A DNA stretch of 64,000 nucleotides. It comes from Octopus sinensis. Its lineage: Eukaryota. The number at the start of each line of letters is the position of its first letter. The first letter of the stretch is position 1. Below, piece after piece: positions 23,685 through 36,122 of the stretch. Where the stretch lies: assembly GCF_006345805.1 (NCBI RefSeq), contig NC_043010.1, positions 62,620,001 through 62,684,000 on the forward strand, written 5' to 3'. Under the pieces are notes generated by a model that saw only the letters and a list, made by a program, of their open reading frames with translations, searched no databases and was not told the DNA's origin. The position numbers and the translations under genes were made by a program.

Positions 23685-24805
23685 TATAATTTTTTGTATA
23701 ATTTTGTTTTTGTCCTTTCCCTCTTGGCCAAAGGAAGTCAGCAGGACAATTGTCCTGATGGGCTCAGTTGCAGCAATGGCTGTTTGACCTGACTCCATGC
23801 ATGACCAATGCACGGGGACTGGATGAGGACAGAATAAAACGGGTTTGCTCCTTTGTGAATATTGGACAGGCCTGGCTGGGGGACACAGGGACCACTAGAA
23901 CATAGATATAACAGTTACAGACTGACCATTAATACATGACTGGTTCCCACTGAAGCCAAAACAGAGAAGATAAACGTGGTTGTTTGACATGCAAGAATCA
24001 GCAGTCAAATCTCCTTCCAGCTATATAGTGCTGTGTCAAAAAAATGAACATACTAAATAGTGTTTTCCGAGGTACACTTATTTCTTTACTACACACAAGG
24101 GGCTAAACACACAGGGGACAAACAAGGACAGAAATGGATTAAGTCAATTATATCGACCCCTGTGCATAACTGGTACTTATTTAATCAATCCCAAAAGGAT
24201 GAAAGGCAGAGTTGACCTCGGCGGAATTTCAACTCAGAACGTAGCAGCAGACGAAATACCGCTAAGCATTTCGCCCGGTGTGCTAACATTTCTGCCTGCT
24301 CGCAGAGGTATACCATGTCTAAAGAAGGTTGGGAGTTGACTTTATCAAGATTTGAACTCATAATATAAAAAGGAAAACTGTAACCACAAACCATTTTGTC
24401 TGATGCTCTACCGATTATGTGACCCATCTTTAATGATTGTTTCTAATCAGTCCTAAATTAAGCACAACACCTTAAATTTTAGTAAAAGTTTCGGTGAATT
24501 ACATTGACCCCCAGTTCATAACTGGTACTTTATTTTTCCATCACTGAAAAGATGAAAGACAAAGGAGAGTTTGGTGGGATTTCAATTGGGAAATGTAAAG
24601 ATTTGGAACAAATACCACAAGGTACCGTGCAGCAACATGTTGTGTTCACAATGGGAGTAATAAGAGACAACTGCAGGACCCTCCCCTTTTTATTTTTGTT
24701 GTTGTTGTAGCCATTGCTTTGATTGACATCTATGGGGTCTTTAGCCAGTTTTTGCAAGGCTATGTTTTATTTTGTCTTTAAAAAATAGTGAAATTTTATT
24801 TTATT

Positions 24806-25020
24806 TTTTTCTCTAGTTTCAGCTCAGAGCTGTGGCCATGCTGGTGCACCACCGTTTTGTGCTACACTGTTATTACTAAGAGCCTCCTCTAATATGTCGC
24901 ACTTGGTGAAGCATGGAGCTTGATATAGCTACTCTCATTTGCACCTCTTGCCGTGAGGTAGGTTCATCTGGGACTCTCGACAGGAAGAGGTCCAGCTTTG
25001 ATTAAAAAACCCCTACATCT
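24806..25020 (-). pseudogene. CR1/L2-group LINE 3' end sharing its tail with SINE family A
   Basis: KLDLFLSRVPDEPTSRQEV...GGS* then GGTGCACCAGCATGGCCACAGC..GCTGAAAC. Confidence 0.8.
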
Positions 25021-25452
25021 ACTTTGTGCAAATTGAAGAAAGAAGATGAACAAATTCTGTCCTGAGAGACTAAAACAGAAGCAGGGTTGACCAGTTCCTT
25101 CAGATCCTGGTCACTTTAGCAACAAAACAAAAATTAAGTTCACGGGAGACTTGTTAAGAAACAGTTAAAACTTACAAGGGATTTGGTGTCTTGCCAATAC
25201 AGAAACAAAAAATGTTCTTCTTGATAAGAATTGTTTCAAATTTTGGCACAATGCCAGCAATTTTGGGGAAAAAGTTTATTTGCTTTCATCAACCCTGGTA
25301 CTGAAATATAATTGTTTTATTGGCCCCAAAGGGTGCAGGTTCAAAGTTGACACTTTTCAGATTTGAGCTCAGAGTGTAAAGATCCGGAATAAAAGGCTGC
25401 TAAGCATTTTTGGCCGATGCTCGAATGACTCTGCCATCTCACCATCTTGGTC

Positions 25453-25832
25453 TTTTACTTGTTTCAGTCATTTGAGTGTGGCCATGCTGGAGCACCGCCT
25501 TTAGTTGAGCAAATCGACCCCAGGACTTATTCTTCGTAAGCCTAGAACTTATTCTATTGGTCTCTTTTGCCGAACTGCTATTTTACGAGGACGTAAACAC
25601 ATCAGCATCAGTTGTCAAGTGATGGTGGGGAACAAACACAAACACACGCACACATATATATATATATATATATATACGATGGGCTTCTTTCAATTTCCGT
25701 CTACCAAATCCCCTCACAAGGCTTTGGTCGGCCTGACGCTATAGTAGAAGACACTTGCCCAAGGTGTCACGCAGTGGGACTGAACCCAGAACTGTGTGGT
25801 TGGTAAACAAGCTACTTACCCCACAGCCACTC
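25453..25832 (-). mobile_element. SINE family A
   Basis: All modules present. Confidence 0.85.
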
Positions 25833-26043
25833 TTTAATTCTTTCTACTGTAGGCAGAAGGGGCCTGAAAGTTTGGCGAAGGGGACATCTTGATTACATTA
25901 TCTCTGGTACTCAACTGGTCCTTCATCAACACTGAAATGATGGAAGACACGGTCAACCGCAATGGGATTTGAACTCAAAACATAAAGACAGATAAAAGAC
26001 TTGGCAGTGTTTTGCCTGACAGGCTAACAATTCTACCAACTCA

Positions 26044-26470
26044 CTGGCTTAGTAGTAGCAGCAGCAGGAGTAGTAGTAGCAGTAGAAATAGTAGTGGTAG
26101 TAGTAGTAGTAGTAGTCGTAGTAGTAGCAGTAGTAGTCGTAGTAGTAGTAGAAATAGTAGTAGTAGTAGTAGCAGTAGTAGTTACAGTAGTAGTAGTGGC
26201 AGCAGCAGTAGTAATAGTAGCAGTAGTAGTCGTAGTAGTAGCAGTAGTAGTAGAAGTAGTAGTAGCAGTCGTAGTAGTAGTAGAAGTAGAAGCTGTAGTA
26301 GTAGTCATAGCAGTAGAAATAGTAGTAGCAGTGACAGAGGCAGTAGTAATTATATCAGTAGTAGTAATAGTAGTAGCAGCAGCAGGCGTTGTAGTGGCAG
26401 TAGTAGTAGTAGTTGTAGTAGTAGTAGCAGCAGCAGCAGCATTAGTAGTAGTAGTAGTAGTAGTAGCAGT
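26044..26470. repeat. (AGT/AGC)n microsatellite
   Basis: Direct reading. Confidence 0.95.
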
Positions 26471-26752
26471 GATGGTTTTAAAGTTTGGCCCAAGGCCAAG
26501 AGTTCGGTGGAGCGGATTAAGTCGATTTTAACATTGACCCCCAGGATTCAGCTGGTATTTACTTTACCGATCCTCTTCAAGACAAAAGGCGAAGTCAGTC
26601 CTGGCAGCATTTAATTACTCGGAATGGGAAAACCGACGAAATGCCATCGAATTATTTCTTCCGACTCCGGAACGATTCTGCTGCCAACTTCGCAGAGAAA
26701 GTAATAAAAGTTAAGGAAATGAAGAGGAACCAACAAGGAGATCGTTTTGTCT

Positions 26753-27118
26753 GCTAGAAATAGCAGCCAAATCTCCAATAAATTACACTCTGCTATAAAT
26801 ACATGGTAGATAATGTAGTCGTAAATATACTAATGTTTGGCAATAAGTTGGAGTGGCATGGCTGGAGCACATTCGATCATAGATCTATTTGTCTAGAAAT
26901 GAATAGAGACTTTCGAATGTTGTTTCAGACTCAAAGCTAGAATTAGCTGCCAAATCTCCAACAAATTCCACTCTACTATAGGTACATGGGAGATAATTTA
27001 GTCGTATATATACTAATGTTTGGCAATAAGTTTGAGTGGCATGGCTGGAGCACATTTGATCATAGATTTAAATGTGTAGAAATTAATTTCTTCGAATATT
27101 ATTTCAGATTCCGAAGCA
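26753..27118. repeat. 183-bp tandem duplication
   Basis: Units begin at 26753 and 26936 (GCTAGAA.TAGC.GCCAAATCTCC). Confidence 0.85.
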
Positions 27119-27604
27119 TAATAGTCTAAGGGAGGTAATTCAGGCAGGCTTTGTAATTCATTAAAAACAAGAATCCAGCAAGAATTGTGCTTTTAAGCAG
27201 TTCGTGACGCGGCGGAGCCCGATGGAAGTGAGAGATCGGCGCTTTGGACAAGTTTCTTCTTTTAACAGGACTGAAGCTTTGAAGACTTCTCAGAGGATTT
27301 CATACAGGGTATCTTCACCGCGAAATCCAGCTGGACGCATTTCGGACACGCATCTCTCTCTCTCCCGCCCTCCCTCTCTCTCCCTCTTTCCTGTCTCCAT
27401 CCCTCTCATTCTCCTCCTCTCTCTCTCTCTCTCCACCCCCCTCTTTCCTCACTTCTTCAGTCTCTCCATCCCTCTCATTCTCCTCCTCCTCTCTCTCTCT
27501 CTCTCTCTCTCCCCCCTCCCTCTTTCCTCACTTCTTCTGTCTCTCTATCCCTCTCATTCTCCTCCTCCTCTCTCTCTCCCACCCTCCCTCTATCTCAATC
27601 ACTT

Positions 27605-28030
27605 ACCTTTTACATATTTCAGTCATTGCACTACGGCCAAGCTGGGGCCCTGCTTTCAAGGGTTCAGTCGAACAAATCGACCCCCAAATTTAATTTTAAT
27701 TCTGTTATTTATTCTATCTTAATATAATACCGAACCGCTTGGTTGTCGTGACCGTAAATACAAGACCGCCAGTCAAGCGGTGGTACAGGACAGACACAAA
27801 CTCTTGGACAGTGCACCACAACCTTTTTCATTTTTCACTTGCGGCACACTTAGCATCGCCTCGTACCACACCAATGTCACGAGGCATACCGGTTGCGGAT
27901 CTCTCGGCTAGGACACACACGCACACATACATATGTATGAGCTGACATATAATTCCTGTCCACCAACTCCGTTCACAGGCGTTGGTAGGCCCAGGGCAAT
28001 AATAAAAGAAACTTGCCCAAGCTACCTCGT
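27605..28030 (-). mobile_element. SINE family A, old and diverged
   Basis: Degenerate tail and central block. Confidence 0.55.
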
Positions 28031-29407
28031 ACAGAAATTGAACCCAAAACCAATTTATATTTAAACGAGTCGAAGCTAAGGAATAGTTATCTCCCTTTAA
28101 CCTTTTATCACCGTCTCGTGTTCATAACTATAATATAGAATTCTAGATTTAATTCTGTTAAATGTACAACAAACACAGAAGAAGAAATTGTAGACAGTAC
28201 ATTCTTCCGTAATAAACGTCCCTGGATCTCTTCATAACATTACATTAACAGTTATATCAGATAAAATTTACGGTTTAGAGATTTTAAAGGGAAGTAACCA
28301 AAAACTTATGGCTTATATACGAAGAGTTACCTCCCATGGAATTTGTGCCGCTTCATCTTCAAAGCGATCGTTTGAGTCGTCGGAGGAAGGCCCAAGTGCC
28401 GCTTAGAACAAAGAGAAGCATTAAAGAAAGCAATTGTCGACGAAGTTAAAAGAGTAGAATAGTGACCGATGCACTGGAGCTGATCGAAAACAGCAAAAAT
28501 TCTGTAACGTGAACATAATTGAAGGAGAGTGTCCCACGTGGGATGTGTGAGTGTGTGTGTATATCTGTGTGTGTGTGTGTGTGTGTAAATGAGATGGGAA
28601 GTAAATCGAACAATTCTTGAAGCTGATTGTTTCTCGGCGTCAAATGACAGGCTAGAAACAACAGTAAAATATCCCTCGAATGACTCACTACCGTCCTCTC
28701 AAAATTGGCAAGACACATTCCAATGTACCGTATGAGATAGCAATCTATGCGACGGTATGAACATATTAGTAACATATTTGATCAATTATTTGCTCCATAA
28801 GATACGATATAGCTGAGGAAAATTAATTCCAGCCATGAAAACTCCCTTCTGGTGTATAAATATCATATAACGTAATGTGTCCTTCCTCTTGTGTGATTAG
28901 CATTTTTGTGGAGACTTGCTGCTAGTTCTAGCATCTCTAATGACCACATAAAGGCTGGTGCTGTGTGTCCGCGGCACAGATCTAAAGGAAGTAACTCGTT
29001 ATACCGAACCGCGGAAGATTCTTGGTTAACCTCCCTTGAAAACCGATACTCGTTAATTTATCGCAGTTTTTTGGGGGGGTCATGGAGCGATTGTTTTAAA
29101 ATTATAGGAGAAAACTAAAAAGTCTTGTCCCAAAAGAATGTCTGTACCCCCAGACGAATCCCTCCCCGTATTCATGGCAATATAGAGCATTGAACTAAAC
29201 ATGGAATGGACACAAAATACAGACAAAAGGGTTATGGAAGGAATCTGTAAAGGGAGGTAATCACCTGCTTCCTTAAATGTCACGTAAAGGCAGAACGTCA
29301 GAAATGAGAGATGACGGGAAGCACACGCGCGCGCACACATACGCACACTTCCTCCGTTTCTATCTCTCTCTCGCCCTTTTTCCTTCTCTTTCTCTTTATA
29401 TATAGTC

Positions 29408-29700
29408 TTTCATTCTTTTACTTGTTTCAGTAATTAGACTGCGGCCATGCTGGGGCACACCTTTCAATAAATTTGGTCGAAGGAATCGACGCCCAGTACA
29501 TTTTTTTGTTATTGTTTTAAAGCCTAGAAATCATTCTCTCAGTCTCTTTTGCCGAACTGCTAGGTTACGGGGACGTAAACACAGCATCACCTGTCGTTAA
29601 GCGGTAGTGGAGAACAAACACAAGCGTGGATGCACACACACACACACACACACATATAAAAGACGGGCTTCTTTTAGTTTCCGTCTTGATAAACGCTTCC
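29408..29700 (-). mobile_element. SINE family A, partial
   Basis: Tail through the internal microsatellite. Confidence 0.7.
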
Positions 29701-29897
29701 ACAATGAAAATGCAATGCTCGCCCACCCAATTCCTGTTGGCAACTGAAAACGAATTGGAACAAAATGGCCTTACGTGTTCATTTTGTAAATAAAAACACA
29801 TTTTTCGTTCTTTAATTCATTTCAATTTTATTAAACATACATTTTGCTGCACCTCGTATATATGTACATATATACATACATATATATATATATAAAA

Positions 29898-31321
29898 TCA
29901 TCATCATCATCATTGTTTAACGTTCGCTTTCCATGCTAGCATGGGTTGGACATGTGACTGAGAACTGGCTAACCAGATGGCTGCACCAGGCTCCAATCTT
30001 GATCTGGCAGAGTTTCTACAGCTGGATGCCCTTCCTAACGCCAACCACTCCGAGAGTGCAGTGGGTGCTTTTACATGTCACTGGCACGAGGGCCAGTCTG
30101 GCAGTACTGGCAACAGCCATACTCAAATGGTGCTTTTTCCATTCCACTGGCACAGGAGCCAGTCAATGACCCTGGCAATGATCACACTCAGATTGTGTTC
30201 TTAGCGCTCCACTAGCACAGATGCTAGTCATGCAGTGCTGTCATCGAATTTGATTTCAATTTCACTTGCCTCAACAGGTCTTTACAAGTAGAGTTTAGTT
30301 TCCAATTAAGGAACGGTATGCATAAGTGAGCTGGTTACACCTCTGGTATAGGCCTTTGGTTATGGTCTCACTTGGCTTGCTGGGTCTTCTCATGCACAGC
30401 ATATTTCCAAAGGTCTCGGTCACTAGTCATTACCTCGGTCAGGCCTAATGTTTGAAGGTCGTGCTTCACCACCTCATGCCAGGTCTTCTTGGGTCTACCC
30501 CTTCCACAGGCTCCCTCAACCTCTAGGGTGTGACACTTTTTCACACAACTGTCCTCATCCATTCTCACCACATGACCATACCAGCGCAGTATTTTCTTCC
30601 ACACCACATCTGATGCTTCTTAGGTCCAACTTTTCTATCAAGGCACTTACACTCTGGCGAGTATGCACACTGACATTACACATCCAGCAGAGCATACTGG
30701 CTTCATTCCCTGCAAGCTTACACATGTCCTCAGAAGTCACGGCCCATGTTTCACTGCCATGTAACATAGCTGTTCGTACACATGCGTCATACAGTCAACC
30801 TTTTACCCTGAGCGAGAGGCCCTTTGTCACTAGCAGAGGTAGGAGCTCTTTCAACTTTGCCCAGGCTATTCTTATTCTAGCAGCCACACTTTCAGAGTAC
30901 CCACCCCCACTACTGACTTGGTCACCTAGGTAATGGAAGCTATCAACTACTTCTAGTTTTTATTGCTCCTGAGCATCTGCCACATACAAAAACTATCTTT
31001 CCAGTTAGCCTTCCTTTGATATTGCTGCACCTCTTATGTGTCCATAGCTTATACTGGGTACATCTTATAGAGTTTCTACCTTTACCTTTTCTACAGATCG
31101 AGCAGGGCCATCTACCTGAAGGGATTTGTAGTTTGCCTGCCTTCCTACTTATTAGGACTTTGGTTTTATCTAGGTTGACTCTAAGGCCCTTCGATTCTAA
31201 CCCTTGCTTCCACACCTGAAACTTCTCCTCCAGTTCTGATAGTGACTCAGCAATTAGAGTAAGGTCATCAGCATAGAGGAGCTCCCAGGGGCATCCTGTC
31301 TTGAATTCCTCTGTTATTGCC
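29898..31321 (-). mobile_element. 5'-truncated RTE-clade LINE (RT YADD, Cys-rich module, C-terminus and 3' UTR)
   Basis: CPWELLYADDL, WPCSIC..C..WTHKRC..FVCGRC, MLHGSETWA, LRWYGHVVRM and GRGRPKKTW, with frameshifts and a (GAT)n tail. Confidence 0.93.
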
Positions 31322-31839
31322 CGGGGGACTTTTTTCTTTTCCCTATCTCTCATCCTTTCTTCTGTTTTCTCAAAGACCAGCATCCTTTCTCATTCTTTTT
31401 TCAAACAAGTCCAGCCATGTTGTACTTTTGAGATCCGGAAGATAGCTTGGAAACACTCAACATGCTGTACAAGCTTAACAGATTATTGTATTTTCACGCA
31501 TGAAACTAATAGTAGCTTGAATTTCAATCCTGTGCATATTAAATGCTAATTATCCCTCAGCGGGTGGAACACTTTTTTAATTGATTCCGAAATAGCTTTC
31601 CATGATGTATTTACATTAAGTATAATACATAGATGACAATTTTAATCTAATACTGTTTCTCTCGCATACACTGTCAATTGGCCAGTTAACTGCAACACGC
31701 GTAATTTTTTTACTGTTTTTCTTTATCATTGAAGTTGGATTTTGTCTTAGAATGCAGTTGCCGATGGAAACTTGCTACTGACAAACCCAAAAAAGCAAAA
31801 GCAGAAATATGTTCTTAGCAATGCCACCAATACTGTTGC

Positions 31840-32460
31840 ACAATTTCCATCTGCTACTGATATATTTGTGCTATTAAACACATACGTTCACAAGAGATAT
31901 TATCTCTGGACAACTACCATAGTTATTTTAGCTTTTCATGTCAAAGTAGCAGCAGTTACTCCTGCTTAGATGTCATCACTTCTAACATCCCATGTTAAAA
32001 TAGATCCAAGCACACACCTACACAACCTTCAACCCATACCCCAACATGTAACTGCTGAACCCCACCAATTGTCCACTGGGACGATCCTGTCTCTCAAGGG
32101 CTGTGATTTATAGTCACCCTCACACAATCTGATAGCATTACAAGACACTACGTGAGAATGATGATCAATAACTTCAAGACAAGTTATACATAGCATAAGC
32201 ACTCCTTCAGCTGCAGGGATAGGGAAAATTCTGCCTGTCCTGTCCTGTTTCATCTGAAGATTCCATGACCATTGGAAAAACTCCAACACCAACAAATGGA
32301 GTATCGTTAACGGGGCCCCCTCCCCTTACTCACCTTGAACTTACAGTTGCTAACTCTCTCTATGAGAAATTATGCATACTTCACCAACTTGTAGTATCTA
32401 TCAAGAGGAAGAACAAACTATCTCATTACCACCTGAGATACACCCTATTTATGAACTCCA
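31840..32460 (+). pseudogene. Penelope-like (Neptune-type) RT C-terminus / GIY-YIG endonuclease remnant
   Basis: Across frameshifts it reads SYSC, TCNC*..CPLGRSCLSRAVIY, HYVRM..NNFKTSYT*HKHSF..RENS, KWSIV and YEKLCIL. Confidence 0.75.
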
Positions 32461-32529
32461 AGATATTGGCAGATACACAGAGTGGTATTTTAAATTAATA
32501 CTGCTTTTGTTGCACATAATGAATATATA

Positions 32530-32632
<103 letters not shown>

Positions 32633-32654
32633 TAAGAGAACCTTCCGTTTCGCG

Positions 32655-32966
32655 ACAGTTGCCAGCACCGCCCCGTTTCGTGTCCATTGCCAGCCTCGCC
32701 TGGCCCTCGTGCCGGTGGCACATAAAAAGCACCATCTGTTCATGGCCGTTTGCCAGCTCTGTCTGGCACCTGTGCGGGTGGCACGTAAAAAGCACCCACT
32801 ACGCTCTCGGAGTGGTTGGCGTTAGGAAGGGCATCCAGCCATAGAAACACTGCCAGATTTGACTGGGCCTAATGAAGCCTTCTGGCTTCACCGACCCCAG
32901 TAGAACCGTCCAACCCATGCTAGCATGGAAAACGGACGCTAAACGATGATGATGATGATGATGATG

Positions 32967-32968
<2 letters not shown>
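32655..32968 (+). mobile_element. RTE 3' end (family B)
   Basis: Two hairpin units plus the (GAT)n tail. Confidence 0.85.
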
Positions 32969-32998
<30 letters not shown>

Positions 32999-33073
32999 TA
33001 TATATACATATAGTCATACATATATATATATATATAAATAAATATATATACATACATATATATATATATATAG

Positions 33074-33106
<33 letters not shown>

Positions 33107-33137
33107 TATATACACAGACACACACAAATGTGTGTGT

Positions 33138-33284
33138 ATAACTTAGCAGTTTGGCAAAAGATCGATAGAATAAATACCAGGCCTTAAAAAAGCACTGGGG
33201 TCAATACATTAGACTAAAAATTCTTCGAGGCATCGCTCCAGCATGGCTGCACTCTAATAACTGAAACAAGTAAAAGATAAAAGA
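33138..33284 (+). mobile_element. SINE family A, 3' fragment
   Basis: Tail only. Confidence 0.65.
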
Positions 33285-33289
33285 TACCA

Positions 33290-33710
33290 GAACTAGAAAA
33301 GAAGTTGCAGGTGTGGAAGCCAGGTCTATAATTGAAGGGCCCAGGTGTGGAAGCAAAGTCTAGGCTCAAAGGACCCAGGAAACAAGGTATGGAATCAAAG
33401 GGTCCAAGTGTAGAAGCAAGGTCTAGAATTGAAGAGCCTTCAATTTAACCGGGCAAAAACCAAAGCCTTAGTAAATAGGAGGGCAGACAAAATGCAAATC
33501 CCACCAGGTAGATGACCCTGCTTGATCTGTAGAAAAAGTGTTGGTAGAAACTCCGTAAGATGTACCTGGTGTAAGGTATGGACACATAAGAGGTGTGGGA
33601 ATATCAGAGGAAGGTAAACAGGGAAAATAACTTTTGTATGTGGAAGATGCACAGGTACAATAAATGCTGAAAGTGTGCAGAAAATAGACTCCATCAACTG
33701 CCAGGGACCA
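33290..33710 (+). pseudogene. RTE LINE RT fragment with a 34-bp internal tandem amplification
   Basis: QVWKQGLE...PCLICRKSVGRNSVRCTWCKVWTHKRC...FVCGRC with stops. Four units at 33308-33438. Confidence 0.88.
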
Positions 33711-33972
33711 TCGTCCATCTTTCTTTTCCTCACGTAACCATCTTTCTTTTTCTGCACAACTTTCTAAGGACTAAACGTCTTCTGTCTCTCTCTTCGATCT
33801 TTTCTCTTTGCAAAGAAAATATTTCTCCCAGCATTCACTATTTTCCTCTTGTTCTGGTCTAACGACCCCCCATGTTTGTTTTCGTTCGGTTTCCCTGTAT
33901 GTCTCCACTGTCCTGTTTCTGTTCCCAACTTTGACCCTTCATAAATCCAAAATCTTACTTTGGCATTTGTAG

Positions 33973-34059
33973 GAGCAACTGTCTTTGAAGACTCATATTA
34001 TCATTGAATGCTCGAAATGAGGAGCAGACAGACAGCCAACAACTGATGAAGGGTCATTC
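33973..34059 (+). ncRNA. Permuted hammerhead-like motif 2
   Basis: CUCAU/AUGAG, AUA site, GAGCA/UGCUC, CUGUCU/AGACAG, and intact GAAA and CUGAUGA. Stem I is partly broken. Confidence 0.55.
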
Positions 34060-34242
34060 TTTATGTTACTTGTCCTGTTTTCCATTTGTTTCTCTCGTTG
34101 TTTGCGTATTTAACTCGTTTGTTTTCATACTTCATGTTGTTTACACAGTTGGTGACGTCCCGTACCCATATATGCATATATATATATATATATACTCACA
34201 TACACCAATATAGGCACACACATCCATACCCTGCACACATAT

Positions 34243-34273
<31 letters not shown>

Positions 34274-34779
34274 GAGTAGATAGTGACAGCCAGTCAGTCA
34301 GCCAACCAGCCGGCAAGCCAGCCAGCCAGCCAACCAGACGAACAGACAGAAAGGCAGGCAGCCGGACAGACTGACATGGAGACAAAGAGACAATGTTGTT
34401 AGTTCAACCTTCATGTCTGTCTGTGTGTCTGCAGAGACAGAAAGATATTGTGGTACCCACACCCACACCAACCCCTACTCCCCCCACACACACCCCAACC
34501 CACCGGCACACACACACACGCGCACACACACACACACGCACACACACAGACTGACATACACACATGCAATGACAGAGACACGCACACATCCTCTTACATA
34601 CACATAAACCCTTCACGCACACACACTCTTACATACACACACTTATGTGCATATACAACACCTTCTCCCCACCACACACACACACACACACACATCTCCC
34701 TCCACACACACACACACCCACAGCCCACATAGGAAGACACAGATGCACAGACAGGTTTATTCAGTCGCTAGTCTGGTTT

Positions 34780-34823
<44 letters not shown>

Positions 34824-35123
34824 CAACCACCAAGGGAAGATGACAAAGAAAGGATATGGATATATGTAAGAGGAATATGTGTGTGTGTGTCTCTAGTGTA
34901 CATGTATGTATGTATGTATATGTGTGTGTGTATATATATGTGTGTGTGTGTATATATATGTGTGTGTGTGTATATATATATATATGTATAAGTATATATA
35001 TATATATACACATATATGTATGCATATATATATATATACATAAAAATACATACATATACATATATATATATTATATATATATATATATAGAGTGAGAGAG
35101 AGAGAGAGAGAAGAGAGATACAT

Positions 35124-35160
<37 letters not shown>

Positions 35161-35281
35161 AACAAATACACACATATATCTATATAGCTATATACATACA
35201 TATATATATACACACACATATACATATGTAGGTATATGTATATATATATATATATATAAATATATGCATATACACATATGC

Positions 35282-35320
<39 letters not shown>

Positions 35321-35421
35321 AAGTTAATCCAAACAAGAAAACACAAAAAACCCACAACAACGTGAGGACGTGGAACAAATAAAGTATTATTGGACGCTCA
35401 GGAAAGAAGGGAAGAAGGAGA

Positions 35422-35456
35422 GTTTAACGTTTTGAGCGGAGCTCTTCGTCGGAAAC
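35422..35456 (-). ncRNA. Degenerate minimal hammerhead in a Penelope-type repeat
   Basis: GUUU-CCGACGA-A-GAGC(UCC)GCUC-AAAAC-GU-U-AAAC, with two core changes. Confidence 0.5.
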
Positions 35457-35780
35457 AAAGGAGAAGGAAAGATCCCGTGAAGGGAAGACAGAGGAAAAAA
35501 AATTGCTGGCGGTGCTCATGAGGTCACATGTTGTATATATATATATACACATAGAGTAAACCTTTGCCATATGGCGGTTCTCCTGTCGCGCACTCAGTAC
35601 ATTGTGGATCTTTCTGGTTAATACAGATAAATTTCTAACACAGACTCCTCCGTATATCACAGGGTTTCTGTGACCGACAGGTATTTATACCTTTTTAGAT
35701 TCTAATTATTTCTGTGGAAGGTTTTGGAACGTAACACCCATGATAGTCAAGGAATTAGAGTATATGCACATACCTATATA

Positions 35781-36122
35781 TTCTTTTTCTTGTTTCAGTC
35801 ATTTGACTGTGGCCATGCTGGAGCACCGCCTTTAGTTGAGCAAATCGACCCCAGGACTTATTCTTTGTAAGCCTAGTACTTATTCTATCGGTCTGTTTTG
35901 CCAAATTGCTATGGTACGGGGATGTAAACATGCCGGCATCGGTTATCAAACAATGTTGTGGGGACAAACACAGACACACAGACACAAACACATTTATATA
36001 TATATACATACGATGGGCTTCTTTCAGTTTCCGTCTACCAAATCCACTCACAAGACTTTGCTTGGCCCGTGGCTATAGTAGAAGAAACTTGCCCGAGGTA
36101 CCACGCAGTGGGATGGAACCCA
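35781..36122 (-). mobile_element. SINE family A
   Basis: Tail, central block and part of the head. Confidence 0.8.

Noticed and set aside
27204-27722. 172-aa ORF with a GC-richer start
   Set aside because: Most of it is (CT)n repeat plus SINE tail, with no recognisable domain.
28321-28530. CpG-retaining segment with an apparent minus-strand donor GAG|GTAACT
   Set aside because: GGGAG/AGTAACTC-type motifs recur in repeats across the window (16908, 28083, 28984, 60608), and no ORF or acceptor supports an exon.
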